Part shown: one piece after another, positions 39,728-51,029 of the stretch
Layout: each line of letters begins with the position of its first letter
Numbering within the stretch: the first letter of the stretch is position 1
NCBI GenBank assembly: GCA_951406725.2
Contig: OX597815.1
Span: forward strand, 32,860,001 to 32,924,000
DNA from: Octopus vulgaris
Taxonomy: Eukaryota
Length of the DNA: 64,000 bases
Direction: 5' to 3'
Made by a program: the position numbers and the translations under genes
Notes under the pieces: generated by a model
What the model was told of the DNA's origin: nothing
Database searches by the model: none
The model's input: only the letters and a program-made list of their open reading frames with translations

Positions 39728-39834
39728 AGATAAGAAAAGAAATGGAGCAACATTATTAATTACAATTAAACTATGACCATTTAATACCAATGATCAACAT
39801 CTAATTAATTGTTGCTCCATTTCTTTTCTAATCT
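39728..39834. repeat. Short inverted repeat
   Basis: AGAAAAGAAATGGAGCAACA / TGTTGCTCCATTTCTTTTCT, 20 bp perfect and extendable. Confidence 0.85.
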
Positions 39835-39856
39835 GTATATATATATATATATATAT

Positions 39857-39857
<1 letters not shown>

Positions 39858-39891
<34 letters not shown>

Positions 39892-40524
39892 TGTTTAATG
39901 TCCGCTTTCCATGCTAGCATGGGTTGGACGATTTGACTGAGGTCTGGCGAACCAGATGGCACCAGACTCCAATCTGATCTGGCAGGGTTTTTACAGCTGG
40001 ATGCCCTTCTTAACGCCAACCACTCTGAAAGTGTAGTGGGTGGTTTTACGTGCCACCGGCACAAGGGCCAGTTAGGTGGTACTGGCAATGGCCACGCTCA
40101 AATGGTGCTTTTTATGTGCCACCTGCACAGGAGCCAGTCCAGTGGCACTGGCAACGACCTCGCTCAAATGTTTTTGCCACCAGCACAAGTGCTAGTAAGG
40201 CAACACAAGTAATGATCACACTCGAATGGTGTTTTTAACATGCCATCAGCATGGAGGCCAGCTTGTTGCTCTGGCAACGATCTCACTCGTATGGTACTCT
40301 CAGCACTCCACTAGCATGGATGCCAGTCATCGAATTTAATTTCAATTTCGATTTCACTTGCCTCAACAAGTCTTCGCAAGCAGAGTTTAGTGTCTGATGA
40401 AGGAAAAGCATGCATAAGTGGACTGGTTACACCCCAGTCATAGGCCACAAGGTTATGGTCTCACTTGCACTTGCTGAGTCTTCCCAAGCACAGCATATTT
40501 CCAGAGGTCCCGGTCACTAGTCAT
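39858..40524 (-). mobile_element. RTE-type 3'-end element with tandem ~60-bp subrepeats
   Basis: (CAT)n followed by GTTTAATGTCCGCTTTCCATGCTAGCATGGGTTGG; closely similar to 59963-60423 and 52549-53072. Confidence 0.85.
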
Positions 40525-41920
40525 TATATATATATGTATGTATGTATGTATATATATATATGTGTGTGTTTGTGTGTATACATACACATATATATACACA
40601 ACATACACAATGAGATTCTTTCAGTTTCTGCCTACTAATTCGACATACAAAGCTTTGGTTGGCCCAAGGCTATAGTAGAAAGCACTTGGCCAAGGTGCCT
40701 GTCACACAGTAAGTCAAAACACAGAACATTATGATAGGGAAGCAAACTTCTTACGACCCAGCCATAGCTGTGCCTTTACTTAATATAGTCAGTACCTGAC
40801 ACTATAACACAGACTATTTCACACAACTTGCATTCCGCACATTTGTCATCCATTAATACTGTGCAAACCACACAGTGCATAGTTTATGTGATCACTGCTT
40901 GATGTTAAAACATAACATCAATCACAGAACACATGACACACAAAATCAACTGAATAACACAACTCACATTGTTCATGTAATACCTGTACGATGATGACAC
41001 AACAGATGATGTGCTAAAATAACATGAGCAAGAATACTGAATCTTACAATACAGCAAACACAATCTACATTAACAAAAGACAATATTGCATACAACTCAG
41101 GAACATGGATGTATATATGATGGTGTTGTAGAAACATGCATAATACTGTTGAAATTAGAAATAAAATTTACATTGTTTAATGATGATTATTTTTAATGAC
41201 CATGATAATAAAGATAATGATAGCAATGATTAGAATAATAATAATGATTAAAATGGTAATGATAATTAAGATATTACTGAGGATAGTAAATAATTATCAT
41301 TTTAATGATAATATATGAATTGTAAAAAATAATGTAAATAATGTAAATAATATTATCTTGAAGCTTTAATTTACATTATGTAATTAAGCAATTCTCCTAA
41401 GTGTTATTTTTGTGTTCATGTTTGCTAGTGTTAAATTTAAAGTACTACAGATTACATTATGATAATAATCACTGTTGTAACCTTGAGAACCTTTTATTTT
41501 ATCCTATATATATGTGTGTGTGTGTGTTCAGAGTAAAATAGATTTAAATAAAAGCACTCAATACAAAGATGTAGAGTCAAATATATTTGTTTTCAGAAGC
41601 TAGGTTAACTGTTGATTGCCAGTTTCACTATAAATCAGTTCATTGGATAATGATATTAATCCACCTTAATGCTATGTGTGTTGCAATAACATTAGTTGTA
41701 TTATTGTGGATTAATATCATTACCTGATGAATTAATTGATGGTGAAACTGAAGGTTGTAATGTAACTGACAGTTAATATCCTGGTTTTCAATAAAACTAT
41801 ATATATTATGAAATTTTATACAAATAAATTCCTTACAGTTGTACATATGTATACACACACACACATATATGTTATATTTAAAAATTGCTTCTTAATTATC
41901 ATAATTGTTTTCTTTTGCAG

Positions 41921-42009
41921 TTCCCAAACCTGGGTATGGTGATTATGGCATATCACAACGAGCTGCAACTCTACCATTGTCAGGAATGTATGGTGGGCCA
42001 TTAGATTTT
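41921..42009 (+). CDS. ABLIM: ABLIM-like exon (VPKPGYGDYGISQRAATLPLSGMYGGPLDF)
   Basis: tcttttgcag acceptor, gtgagt donor, 89 nt, phase 1-0. PKPGYG and TLP motifs recall invertebrate UNC-115. Missed by the ORF track. Confidence 0.9.
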
Positions 42010-43344
42010 GTGAGTTGAACAGTTTCAAGTATTTATGAATACAGATTTCATTTTTCTGCAATATACTTCCTTTTTCATATCCAATCTGTGAGACTATTTT
42101 ATGCTTTACTTACATAAAAGGACAACTTCGACTGGATACAAAAGTCTAGGGAATTAGTATACTATGACTACTATTTCTTTGTTATGTAGATTTGCAGCAT
42201 ACAGTAGCTTTGAATGATGTTAATACCTGAGGTTACTGATCCTCTCAAGAATACTATAGTTACTGGAGTTTATACCATTACTTGTCCTTAAAGCACAAGC
42301 AATGCTCAGCAAATGCCTTTGAGATTCAGCTGTAGCTTCTTACTTAATTAAATTGACCTCTGTATATAACTGTACTTCACTTTATAAACCCTGGAAGGAT
42401 GAAAGGTGATATTGACTTTGGGAGATTTTAACTCAGGGCATTATAGGCTGGAACAAATACTGCTAGGCATTTTATATAGCACATGTGATTCCATCAATTT
42501 TCAACCAAGGCGAGCTCAGTGTGGATGGAAACCACACATCAAGCAAAAGGGCAAAAGTAGAGTCATGAGCTCAACATGCTATGGACATAATCTTTATATT
42601 ATATTTTGTAAATTTTTTAAAGTTTGTATGCCAATAGTTGTGAGTGTTGTTTCAAGCAAAGCCTTTCTTCAAAAAAAAACTAGCACTGAGGTTTCCTTGA
42701 GTTCCCTATCTTAAAGTATTTACCTTTTAACTGTGCACAAGCTCAAATATTTATATTATATTAACATAGCATATAATTGATTTCAAAGGAGATAAAAAAC
42801 AAAAGTTGACTTTCATGCCTTTGCCTTATGATAACAAAGATTTCTTGTATAAGCTTAATGTTTGTAGGGAAATGAAAATGGAGAAATTTAAAAAAACATG
42901 AATGATTTCTATATTGTTTTCCCTACAGCATAAGTGATATATATTTGTGATATGGTTTCAGTTGTGGTTTAAATTGGAATTACAAACTTAGTTCCCTAAA
43001 ATGTTAACTCGGCCTTACTCTCTTCTTTGTCATAATACAACATTGTTTCCTGCTTTATATTTACTGTTGCTATAAATGTCATCTTCAGCATAGTTATTAA
43101 AGACTCATTATCACAACTGTGTCTTACACTCTGTCTAGTAAGTGATTTGAGTTTTATTTTAGCTGTAGGGAATTATTTCAACTTGTATTAACTGTGGAAT
43201 TATTGTGTGGCTCTACTGACTATGTGGCTTATTATGAATTCAAATTTTTCTACAACAGAGAAAAAATATAACTTTGCTTTCTTTACTACTCGCTAGGTAA
43301 AAAGTTTCCTTAATATTTCCTACTTAGGTACTTAATAAGAAGAG

Positions 43345-43667
43345 CATTCTGTTGTGCCCCAACTTATAATGATAATAGTAACCACAAAAGCACCATCTGA
43401 TCGTGGTCATTGCCAGCCTCGCCTGGCCTCCGTGTCGGTGGCACATAAAAAGCACCATCCGATTGTGGCCGTTTGCCAGCTTCGTCTGGCACCTGTGCCG
43501 GTGGCACGTAAAAAGCACCCACTACACTTTAGGAAGGCATCCAGCCGTAGAAACATTGCCAGATCAGACTGGGCCTTGTGCAGCCTTCTGGCTTCCCAGA
43601 CCCAGTTGAACTGTCCAACCCATGCCAGTATGGAAAGCAGACGCTAAAGGATGATGATGATGATGAT
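43345..43667 (+). mobile_element. RTE-type 3'-end element
   Basis: Same terminus and subrepeats, in + orientation. Confidence 0.8.
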
Positions 43668-44267
43668 ACTATAAAATGAGCAAAAAGAAATTACTGAAAT
43701 GGGTTGAATACATGAAGTTGTATAAATAAGTTAGAGGTTGTTCTGTTGAATGCTGATAGGAAAATTTTCTTGAATAACAAGTAGGGTGGCCGGGAAAAAG
43801 CAGCAATTGTCAGTGACTCCCACAAGAGGTAAGGTCATTTCTCATATACAGCCTGAAAATAAGACTGGAAGGTTATAGTGTTTTCTTGTCCTTTTCTATA
43901 CAAACTATGAAATTTAACTCTAACAAACACACACACACACACACACATAATGTGTAGGTGTATTTGTCCCTCTTCTTCCTTATCCAGACATTGTATGGTA
44001 ATTATCTACAAGCATCAGCGTTGTCATACAAATGGTATTGTTCCAGTCTTCTGTGAAAATGTTGTTGTACCATGTAAAAATATTAACTTCCTGGGAAATA
44101 GGTGTAGGTTGGTAACAAAGACAGCCAGTCATAGAAAATTTGCCTCAATGAATTCTGTCTGAGACATGCAGGCATGGAAAAGTGGACATTAAATCAATGA
44201 GGGTGTGTGTGTGTAAATATATTATAAATCCAAAAGAGAAGCACACTCGAAGTTATAGAGCAGTTGA

Positions 44268-44751
44268 ATATTTGGAGAAAGATAGTTATGGCCAGTCTAT
44301 ATGGTTACTCAGGGTTTTGTGTCCATAAAGCCATTAGCTTGTCAGATCCTAATGGCCAAATGGAGAGAGAGAGAGATTGAGAGGGCCTCGTGGTTAGATT
44401 TTGAACATAAAGGCTAAACACAAGGGATTGTCTCTCTTAGACTACTGTCCAGAATCCACTCAATCAATTTGCAGGTCTTGGGATTCCAGGTGATTCCTAC
44501 TGAAATCGTGGGACCTGCAGGTTGACTGGATGAATTCCAGACAGTTGTCTAAGGGGGACAATCCCTTTCGTTTGACTTCTGTGTGTTCAAAAACTAGCCA
44601 CAAGGCCTTCTTTCTCCCTCTCCATTTTGAAGAGAGGTCATAGGCCACTGGCCATTAGGGTCTGACAAGACATATGTAAAGCTAAGCGCTTTGTGGATAT
44701 AAAACCCTGGGTAACCCAACAAACCGACCATAACTATCTTTCTCTGAATAT
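44268..44751. repeat. Imperfect foldback (~220-240-bp arms)
   Basis: GAGAAAGATAGTTATGG/CCATAACTATCTTTCTC, CTTGTCAGATCCTAATGGCCA/TGGCCATTAGGGTCTGACAAG and AAGGGATTGTC/GACAATCCCTT pair in nested order. Confidence 0.85.
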
Positions 44752-45507
44752 ATCTGTATATGAATATATATGAGTGAGAGTCCAACCCATGCCAGCATGG
44801 AAAACGGACGTTAAACGATGATGATGGACTAACGAAAGAAAAGGCACTTGACATATTTAGTAGGAATTACATGTATTATTTAAAACAGTTTGATTGCAAT
44901 TCAAAACCTGAAAGAAATGGGTTTCTGTTAGAGGCCTGTGAAACTTTAAGTTGCATGGATCCGTATCAAGCAGTTTTAAATTATATATATATATACATAT
45001 TCCCATTATCATCATTAACATTTAACATCTACTTTCCATGCTGACATGGGTTGAACAGTTTGACAGGATTTGATGAGTTAGAGGATTGCATTGTACTCAT
45101 ATCGGTTTTTCCATAGCTTCTATAACTGGATACTCTTTCCAACACCAACCATTTTACAGAGAATACTGGATGCTTATTTCTTTCCCATGGTACTAGTGAA
45201 GTCACTTTGCAACTTACCTAAAGCAGGCTCCTATAAGTGAAAGAGAATAGGAGAGAAAGAAGGTGTGGTGATTTTAGTCAAGTTGATGAAAGAGGGTAAA
45301 GTACAATGCAGGGAACAGATTTATAATTGTGAGAGGGTGCTGATTGATTGATTGATTGATTGATTCTAGTTTCAGCTTATGAGCTGTGGCCATGCTGGTG
45401 CTATATATATAAATATATATTTATAAAAAATTTTCTTAAAATACCAACTATGTTATATTGTATTGTACTGTGTCCAGTATTGTTGTTGTGTCCTCTGCTC
45501 AAATAGT

Positions 45508-45885
45508 ATCTTTTATTTGTTTCAGTCATTTTTTTACTATGGCCATGCTGGGGCAACACCTTGAACAAATCAACCCCAGGACTTATTTTTTAAAGCCTGG
45601 TACTTATTCTATTGGTCTCTTTTGCTCAAACTGCTAAGTTAGAGGAACAAAAACACGACACCAGTTGTTGAACGATGGTGGGGAACAAACACAGACGCAA
45701 AGATACACGCACATAGGTATATGCATACATGTATACGACAGGCTTCTTTCAGTTTCCATTTACCAGATCCACTCACATGGCATTGGTCAGCTCAGGGCTG
45801 TAGTAGAAGACACTTGACCAAGGTGCCACATAATGGAACTGAACCCAGAAGCATGTGGTTGGGAAGTAAGCTTCTTGCCGCACCT
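45508..45885 (-). mobile_element. SINE, second family
   Basis: Reverse-complement similarity to 49923-50313 over its full length. Confidence 0.8.
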
Positions 45886-45934
45886 ACATCTATGTAGTTA
45901 AGTTATTTTTATATTTTTATTTTTATTTTATCAG

Positions 45935-46040
45935 AGATACTATGAAATGGATGAGTCATCAACTTCTCCAACATCATCTGATGTCAAGCATGCAAATCAC
46001 ATGGATTCTAGCAATCAGTCAGATGACAGAAAAATTAGTG
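45935..46040 (+). CDS. ABLIM: ABLIM-like exon (RYYEMDESSTSPTSSDVKHANHMDSSNQSDDRKIS)
   Basis: T-rich tract + atcag and GTG|gtaagg donor; 106 nt, phase 0-1. Confidence 0.8.
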
Positions 46041-46180
46041 GTAAGGAATATTTTTTATCAAGTTACATGTTGCTTATTCAAGTGATTTTTATTTATTCTA
46101 CATTTTTTAACAGTTTGTTTGATATGTGTGTAATCTTATTTATTCATTATTAAATATTTCTTTTGTGTTGTGTATTTCAG

Positions 46181-46212
46181 ATTCAACTATTAGTGAAGAC
46201 AGAAAATCAAAG
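46181..46212 (+). CDS. ABLIM: ABLIM-like small exon (32 nt, phase 1-0; DSTISEDRKSK)
   Basis: tatttcag acceptor and weak AAG|gtacta donor. Needed to restore phase between the 45935 and 50424 exons. Confidence 0.75.
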
Positions 46213-46589
46213 GTACTACAATTTGTCATACAGTCATTACCTTCGTTATCATCATCATCATCATCGTCATCATCACACAGACTCTTTATACATGACAAGA
46301 TTATTTAGATGTTCTGCTATACAACACTAATGGCATCAAAATCACTTTTAACATTCATGTAGCAATTATTCAAAAACTAAATGCCCACTGTCCTAAATTG
46401 TAACAGAATCTGACAAGATTTTACAATAGTAGCAGTGGTAGTTGTATTATACTATGCCTTGTATTCAATATGTAGATATCACAAATAACATTCATAAGCC
46501 AATAGGGAATGGTGCTACAGACTCAAAATAAAAACGAGCAACACAAAGCTCATATATATAATAAACATACTATATGTGTGTGTGTGCGT

Positions 46590-46731
46590 ATCATCATCAT
46601 TTAACATCTGTTTTCCATGCTGGCATGGGTTGGATGGTTTGACTAAAAACTGCAGTTCCCCAGCTTACCAGTTTTCAGTCAAACCATCCAGCCCATGCCA
46701 GCATGGAAAATGAACATTAAATGATGATGAT
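46590..46731. repeat. Hairpin made of two inverted RTE-type 3' ends
   Basis: TTTTCCATGCTGGCATGGGTTGGATGGTTTGACT / AGTCAAACCATCCAGCCCATGCCAGCATGGAAAA with (CAT)n/(GAT)n outer ends. Confidence 0.9.
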
Positions 46732-47545
46732 GAGAGAGAGAGAGATAGACAGATATGTTGTTAGGTTCTGGTGTGGCTGTGTGGTTAAAAAGTTTGCTTC
46801 CCGACCATGTGGTCTTGGGTTCACTTCCATTTTGCAGCACTTGGAGCAAGTGTCCTTATCATAACCCTAAGCCAGTCAAAGCCTTGTGAGTGGTTTTGGT
46901 TGGTATAAAACTGAAAGAAGCCCTTTGTATATATATGCTATAGAACCTCCCTAAACTAGACATCAATATCTAAGCATTATCCATGTTTAATAAGATTATC
47001 TGTGAAAAAAACAACCAATATTAATGTGTGTAATCTTCAGAAATCATGAATCTAAAATCACTTTCCACCTCACTGAAACTCAGAATAAAGTTCACAAACC
47101 AGCATAACAAATATGGATTCCCATCTTCAGCTGCCAAATGAATATCACAGTGGTTTCAATACCTGGGAAGTACCATTCAATCTGGCAGTGCCAACAGCAT
47201 TAAAAGCATAAATGCTGTCTGGGAATCAATAGTAGTCAGCAGGAGCAGAACATTAGCATAATATGTCCATTAAGGTAACCCCTGCTTGTTACTTACAAGC
47301 AGCATCAAAATAAACAGTGTGTATGTCTTTGTCTTGACATCATGTGATTGTTGTAAAAATGCATCACTGTCATGCAAACAATATTGTTCATTTCCATGGG
47401 AAACATGTCTGGTCATGGGAAATATTACCTTGTTTGGAAACATGTGGGGATTGGTGACAGGAAGAGCATCTAGTTGTAGAAAATCTGCCCCAACAAATTC
47501 TATCTGACCCATGCACTCATGGAAAAACGATAATATGTGTATGTG

Positions 47546-47580
<35 letters not shown>

Positions 47581-47619
47581 ATCACCATTATTGTCACCAA
47601 CCATCTCACCTGATTGCAC

Positions 47620-48740
47620 ATCCCAGTTTTAGCTCTTTACCACCTTCACAAACACTATCACTGGGGGAGATTTTATTGAACAGAACATCTCTTGTCCTCA
47701 CTGCAACACCAAGCAAATGCTCCTTCAGACATTTCTCAAAGACCACCCACTGAAAACTACTGAAAGAGGGCAGGAACACAAAGGGAAAAATATTCATTAT
47801 ATATTCCATTTAGACCACGGTTTTGACCCTGTTTCATTAGACATGTGAAAAACAATAGGGAAATCTAAAAACTCAATCTTAAGGCCCAAACCCAAACAAA
47901 ATCACAAGCATACACCTGAAATGCATAAGACCCGAAAAAATCCCTGCACTCACCAACATCCATAATCCTTTGTACCAATGTAGTCAAATCTTTAGAAACT
48001 AGAAGTTGAACAAAATTATAACAAATAAATTCAATAACAACCCAAGTGAAGAACTATCACTTCCTATGCACAGCCTCAAAATATTTAGAATAACTAATTT
48101 TTAATATCACTAACCTACATATCACCCTCTCCAAATTACAACCACTGCTAACCATTTTCACTCTACTCAATCACCATGTACCTCAGAAACTTAACCCAGG
48201 GGAAAAAAACCCTTCCTCAGTCTGACTAGCATCAGTATCAGTAAAGCTTTTGACCCCATTTCCTGCTATTCACTCATGCAAAAAAAAAACACCAGCTTCA
48301 GAAACAGTACAGTAGGCTAGCAAACTACTTGTCATGCCACCAAGACTATATAATGTACAAGACCAACACTTCTAGAACCAGCAGCTTTCCAGATGAAGAA
48401 CCACAAGGATTTGCCTTCTCGCTCATTCTTTTCAATTTATGCTTACATGACCTTTCCACACCTCGATATACAAACAACTTTATACACTGATGACATCACA
48501 CAAATTCTCACTATTCTTAAGACATTGCATTGCAACTTCTCCGACCCTACTTAAATCTCTTAAAAACTAACCCCCTCAACAAGAGACTTTAAGTAACATC
48601 TATGGAATCTATTGTCTCCCTTTGTACCAGCAACATGAGAAAACACCAAATATAATCAACCCACACATTCTGCTAACATAAGCATATACTCAAGACAAAA
48701 ATACTAAGAGCTGCGTACAGTTCACTTAAAACTTTCACAG
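47620..48740 (+). mobile_element. Highly decayed non-RTE LINE (Jockey/I/CR1-like RT remnant)
   Basis: Remnants ISKAFD (~48240), PQGFAFSLILFNLCLHDL (~48400) and LYTDDIT (~48480). Confidence 0.65.
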
Positions 48741-48957
48741 CACAACCATCCAGCCCATGCCAGCATGGACAACTGACATTAAATGATGATGATGATATAG
48801 AAGAGATAATAAAGAAAATAGAATGACTCACAAACATACTTTGGACAATCACGATATTTTTTCACACATTTTCACATCAAAACTCTTGCCAAATGAGAGT
48901 ATTATAAGTGTTAAGTGAGAAAATTAATTGATGTTAAGTCAGTTTGTCAAGGAGGGT

Positions 48958-48989
<32 letters not shown>

Positions 48990-49002
48990 AACAATAATAA
49001 TT

Positions 49003-49657
49003 ATTTCAAATTTTGGTACTAGGCCAGTAATTTGGAGGGAGGGGATAAGTTGATTACGTTGAGCCCAGTGTTCAAACTGAAACTTATTTTATCTACCTCA
49101 AAAGGATGAAAGCAAAGTTGACTGGTGGAATTTGAACTCAGAATGTTGTTGAACATTTTGTCTGATGTGCTAACGATTTTGCCTTGTTTCAAGTTTTAGT
49201 ACAAGGCTAGTAATTTTTTAGCTTGACTGGTACTTTATTTTTAACAACCCTGAAAGGCTGAAAGGCAAAGTTAACCTTGGTGGGATTTGATCACAGAATC
49301 TAAAGAGCTGGAAAAAATACTTCTAAGTAATATGCCTGATGTGCTAACAATTCTGCCAGCTCACCTCCTTAATAATAATAACAGTAGCAGTAGTAATAGT
49401 AATAGTAATTATAATAATTCTTTCTACTATAGACACAAGGCCTGAGATTTTGCAGGACAGGGAAAGTCAATTACATCGACCTGTGTGTAACTGGTACTTA
49501 TTTCATTGACCCTGAAAGGATGAAAGGCAAAGTCAACCTCGGCAGAATTTGAACTCAGAATGTAAAGACAGATGAAATGCCACTAAGCATTTTGCCCCTC
49601 ATGCTAACCATTCTGCCAGCTTGCTGCCTTAATAATAATAATAATAATAATGATGAT

Positions 49658-49702
<45 letters not shown>

Positions 49703-49912
49703 CCTTTCTACTATAGGCCCAAGGTCTGAAATTGTGGAAGGGGGAATAAACTGATTACATCGACACCAGTGTTTCACTGGTACTTATTTTATTGACCCTA
49801 AAAGGATGAAAGGCAAAGTTGACCTTGGCAGATGGATGAAATGCTGCTAAGCATTTTGCTCAGTGTGCTAACAATTCTGCCAGCTTACCATCTTAATAAT
49901 AATAATAATAAT
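49003..49912 (-). mobile_element. Four tandem copies of a third SINE family, partly separated by (AAT)n
   Basis: Repeated CTGGTACTTATTT..TGACCC..AAAGGATGAAAGGCAAAGT..ACCT unit at ~49003, 49187, 49418 and 49702. The core resembles Nin-type SINE central domains (from memory). Confidence 0.8.
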
Positions 49913-49922
49913 TAAAGTAATA

Positions 49923-50313
49923 GGTGCAGGAGTGGCTGTGTGGTAAGTAGCTTGCTAACCAACCACATGGTTCCGGGTTCAGTCCCACTGTGTGGCATCT
50001 TGGGCAAGTGTCTTCTGCTATAGCCTCGGGCCGACCAATGCCTTGTGAGTGGATTTGGTAGACGGAAACTGAAAGAAGCCTGTCGTATACATATATATGC
50101 GTGTTTGTGTGTCTGTGTTTGTCCCCCTTGACAACCGATGCTGGTGTGTTTACGTCCCCGTCACTTAGCGGTTCGGCAAAAAGAGTCCGATAGAATAAGT
50201 ACTGGGCTTACGAAGAATAAATCCCGGGGTCGATTTGCTCGAATAAAGGTGGTGCTCCAGCATGGCCACAGTCAAATGACTGAAACAAGTAAAAAGAGTA
50301 AAAATAAAAAAGA
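49923..50313 (+). mobile_element. tRNA-derived SINE, second family (GGCTGTGTGGT...GGTTCAGTCCCACTG head; CCAGCATGGCCACAGTC..TGACTGAAACAAG tail)
   Basis: A/B-box-like head, internal (TA/TG)n, A-rich tail. Multiple copies in the window. Confidence 0.85.
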
Positions 50314-50423
50314 GAGTAATAATGAGGAGGAGGGGGGTAAGAGGAATTAGGTGTGTAATTTTTTGTTATTTACTTGTGTAAAGTCTTTCAGGAGCTGTAA
50401 TGACGTTTCAACTTATTTTTCAG

Positions 50424-50528
50424 CGATCAAGTTATTCTAGAGCTGGGGAACCTGGTGTTTATGATGGGCCAGCTGTATCTCTGATGACCTACCAACGCAA
50501 CACTTGGCATACAGAATCTGAGCCACCA
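50424..50528 (+). CDS. ABLIM: ABLIM-like exon (RSSYSRAGEPGVYDGPAVSLMTYQRNTWHTESEPP)
   Basis: tttttcag acceptor, CCA|gtaagt donor, 105 nt, phase 0-0; leads into the headpiece. Confidence 0.9.
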
Positions 50529-50769
50529 GTAAGTGTACTTCTTAAAATATATTGAAGGAAATATGTATGAAAATCTTACACCAAACTATAGGACTCAATG
50601 TACTGAGTTGAAATTTATTTTTTCTGCTTTGTCCTTGTTTTCTAATTACTCTGTAATCTTAAATGGTTAATTTTCATTCTGTCTTTATTTCTTTTAAATA
50701 TCAGTTCTATTCCCTCTCTGTCTTTCGGAGAGGCACTGAGCAGCTATACGCACACATACACACACGGCA

Positions 50770-50915
50770 GTAACTTCCACCTACCGAATTCAATCACAAA
50801 GCTCCGGTCGGCTTGGGGCTATAGTGGAAGACACCTACCCAAAGTGCCACGCAGTGGGACTGAACCCGAAACCATGTAGCTAGGAAGCAAGCTTCCTAAC
50901 CACACAGCCATGCCC
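50770..50915 (-). mobile_element. SINE head fragment, second family
   Basis: Reverse complement of ~49930-50075. Confidence 0.8.
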
Positions 50916-50972
50916 TATTTTAATATATTCCATAACAAGTTCCTCTTACACTTATTTTGTTGTCCACTTTTT

Positions 50973-51029
50973 GTATAACAAGTTTCCCTTTGTATAACAA
51001 GTTTCCCTTTGTATAACAAGTTTCCCTTT
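50973..51029. repeat. 19-bp tandem repeat x3 (GTATAACAAGTTTCCCTTT)
   Basis: Direct observation. Confidence 0.9.
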
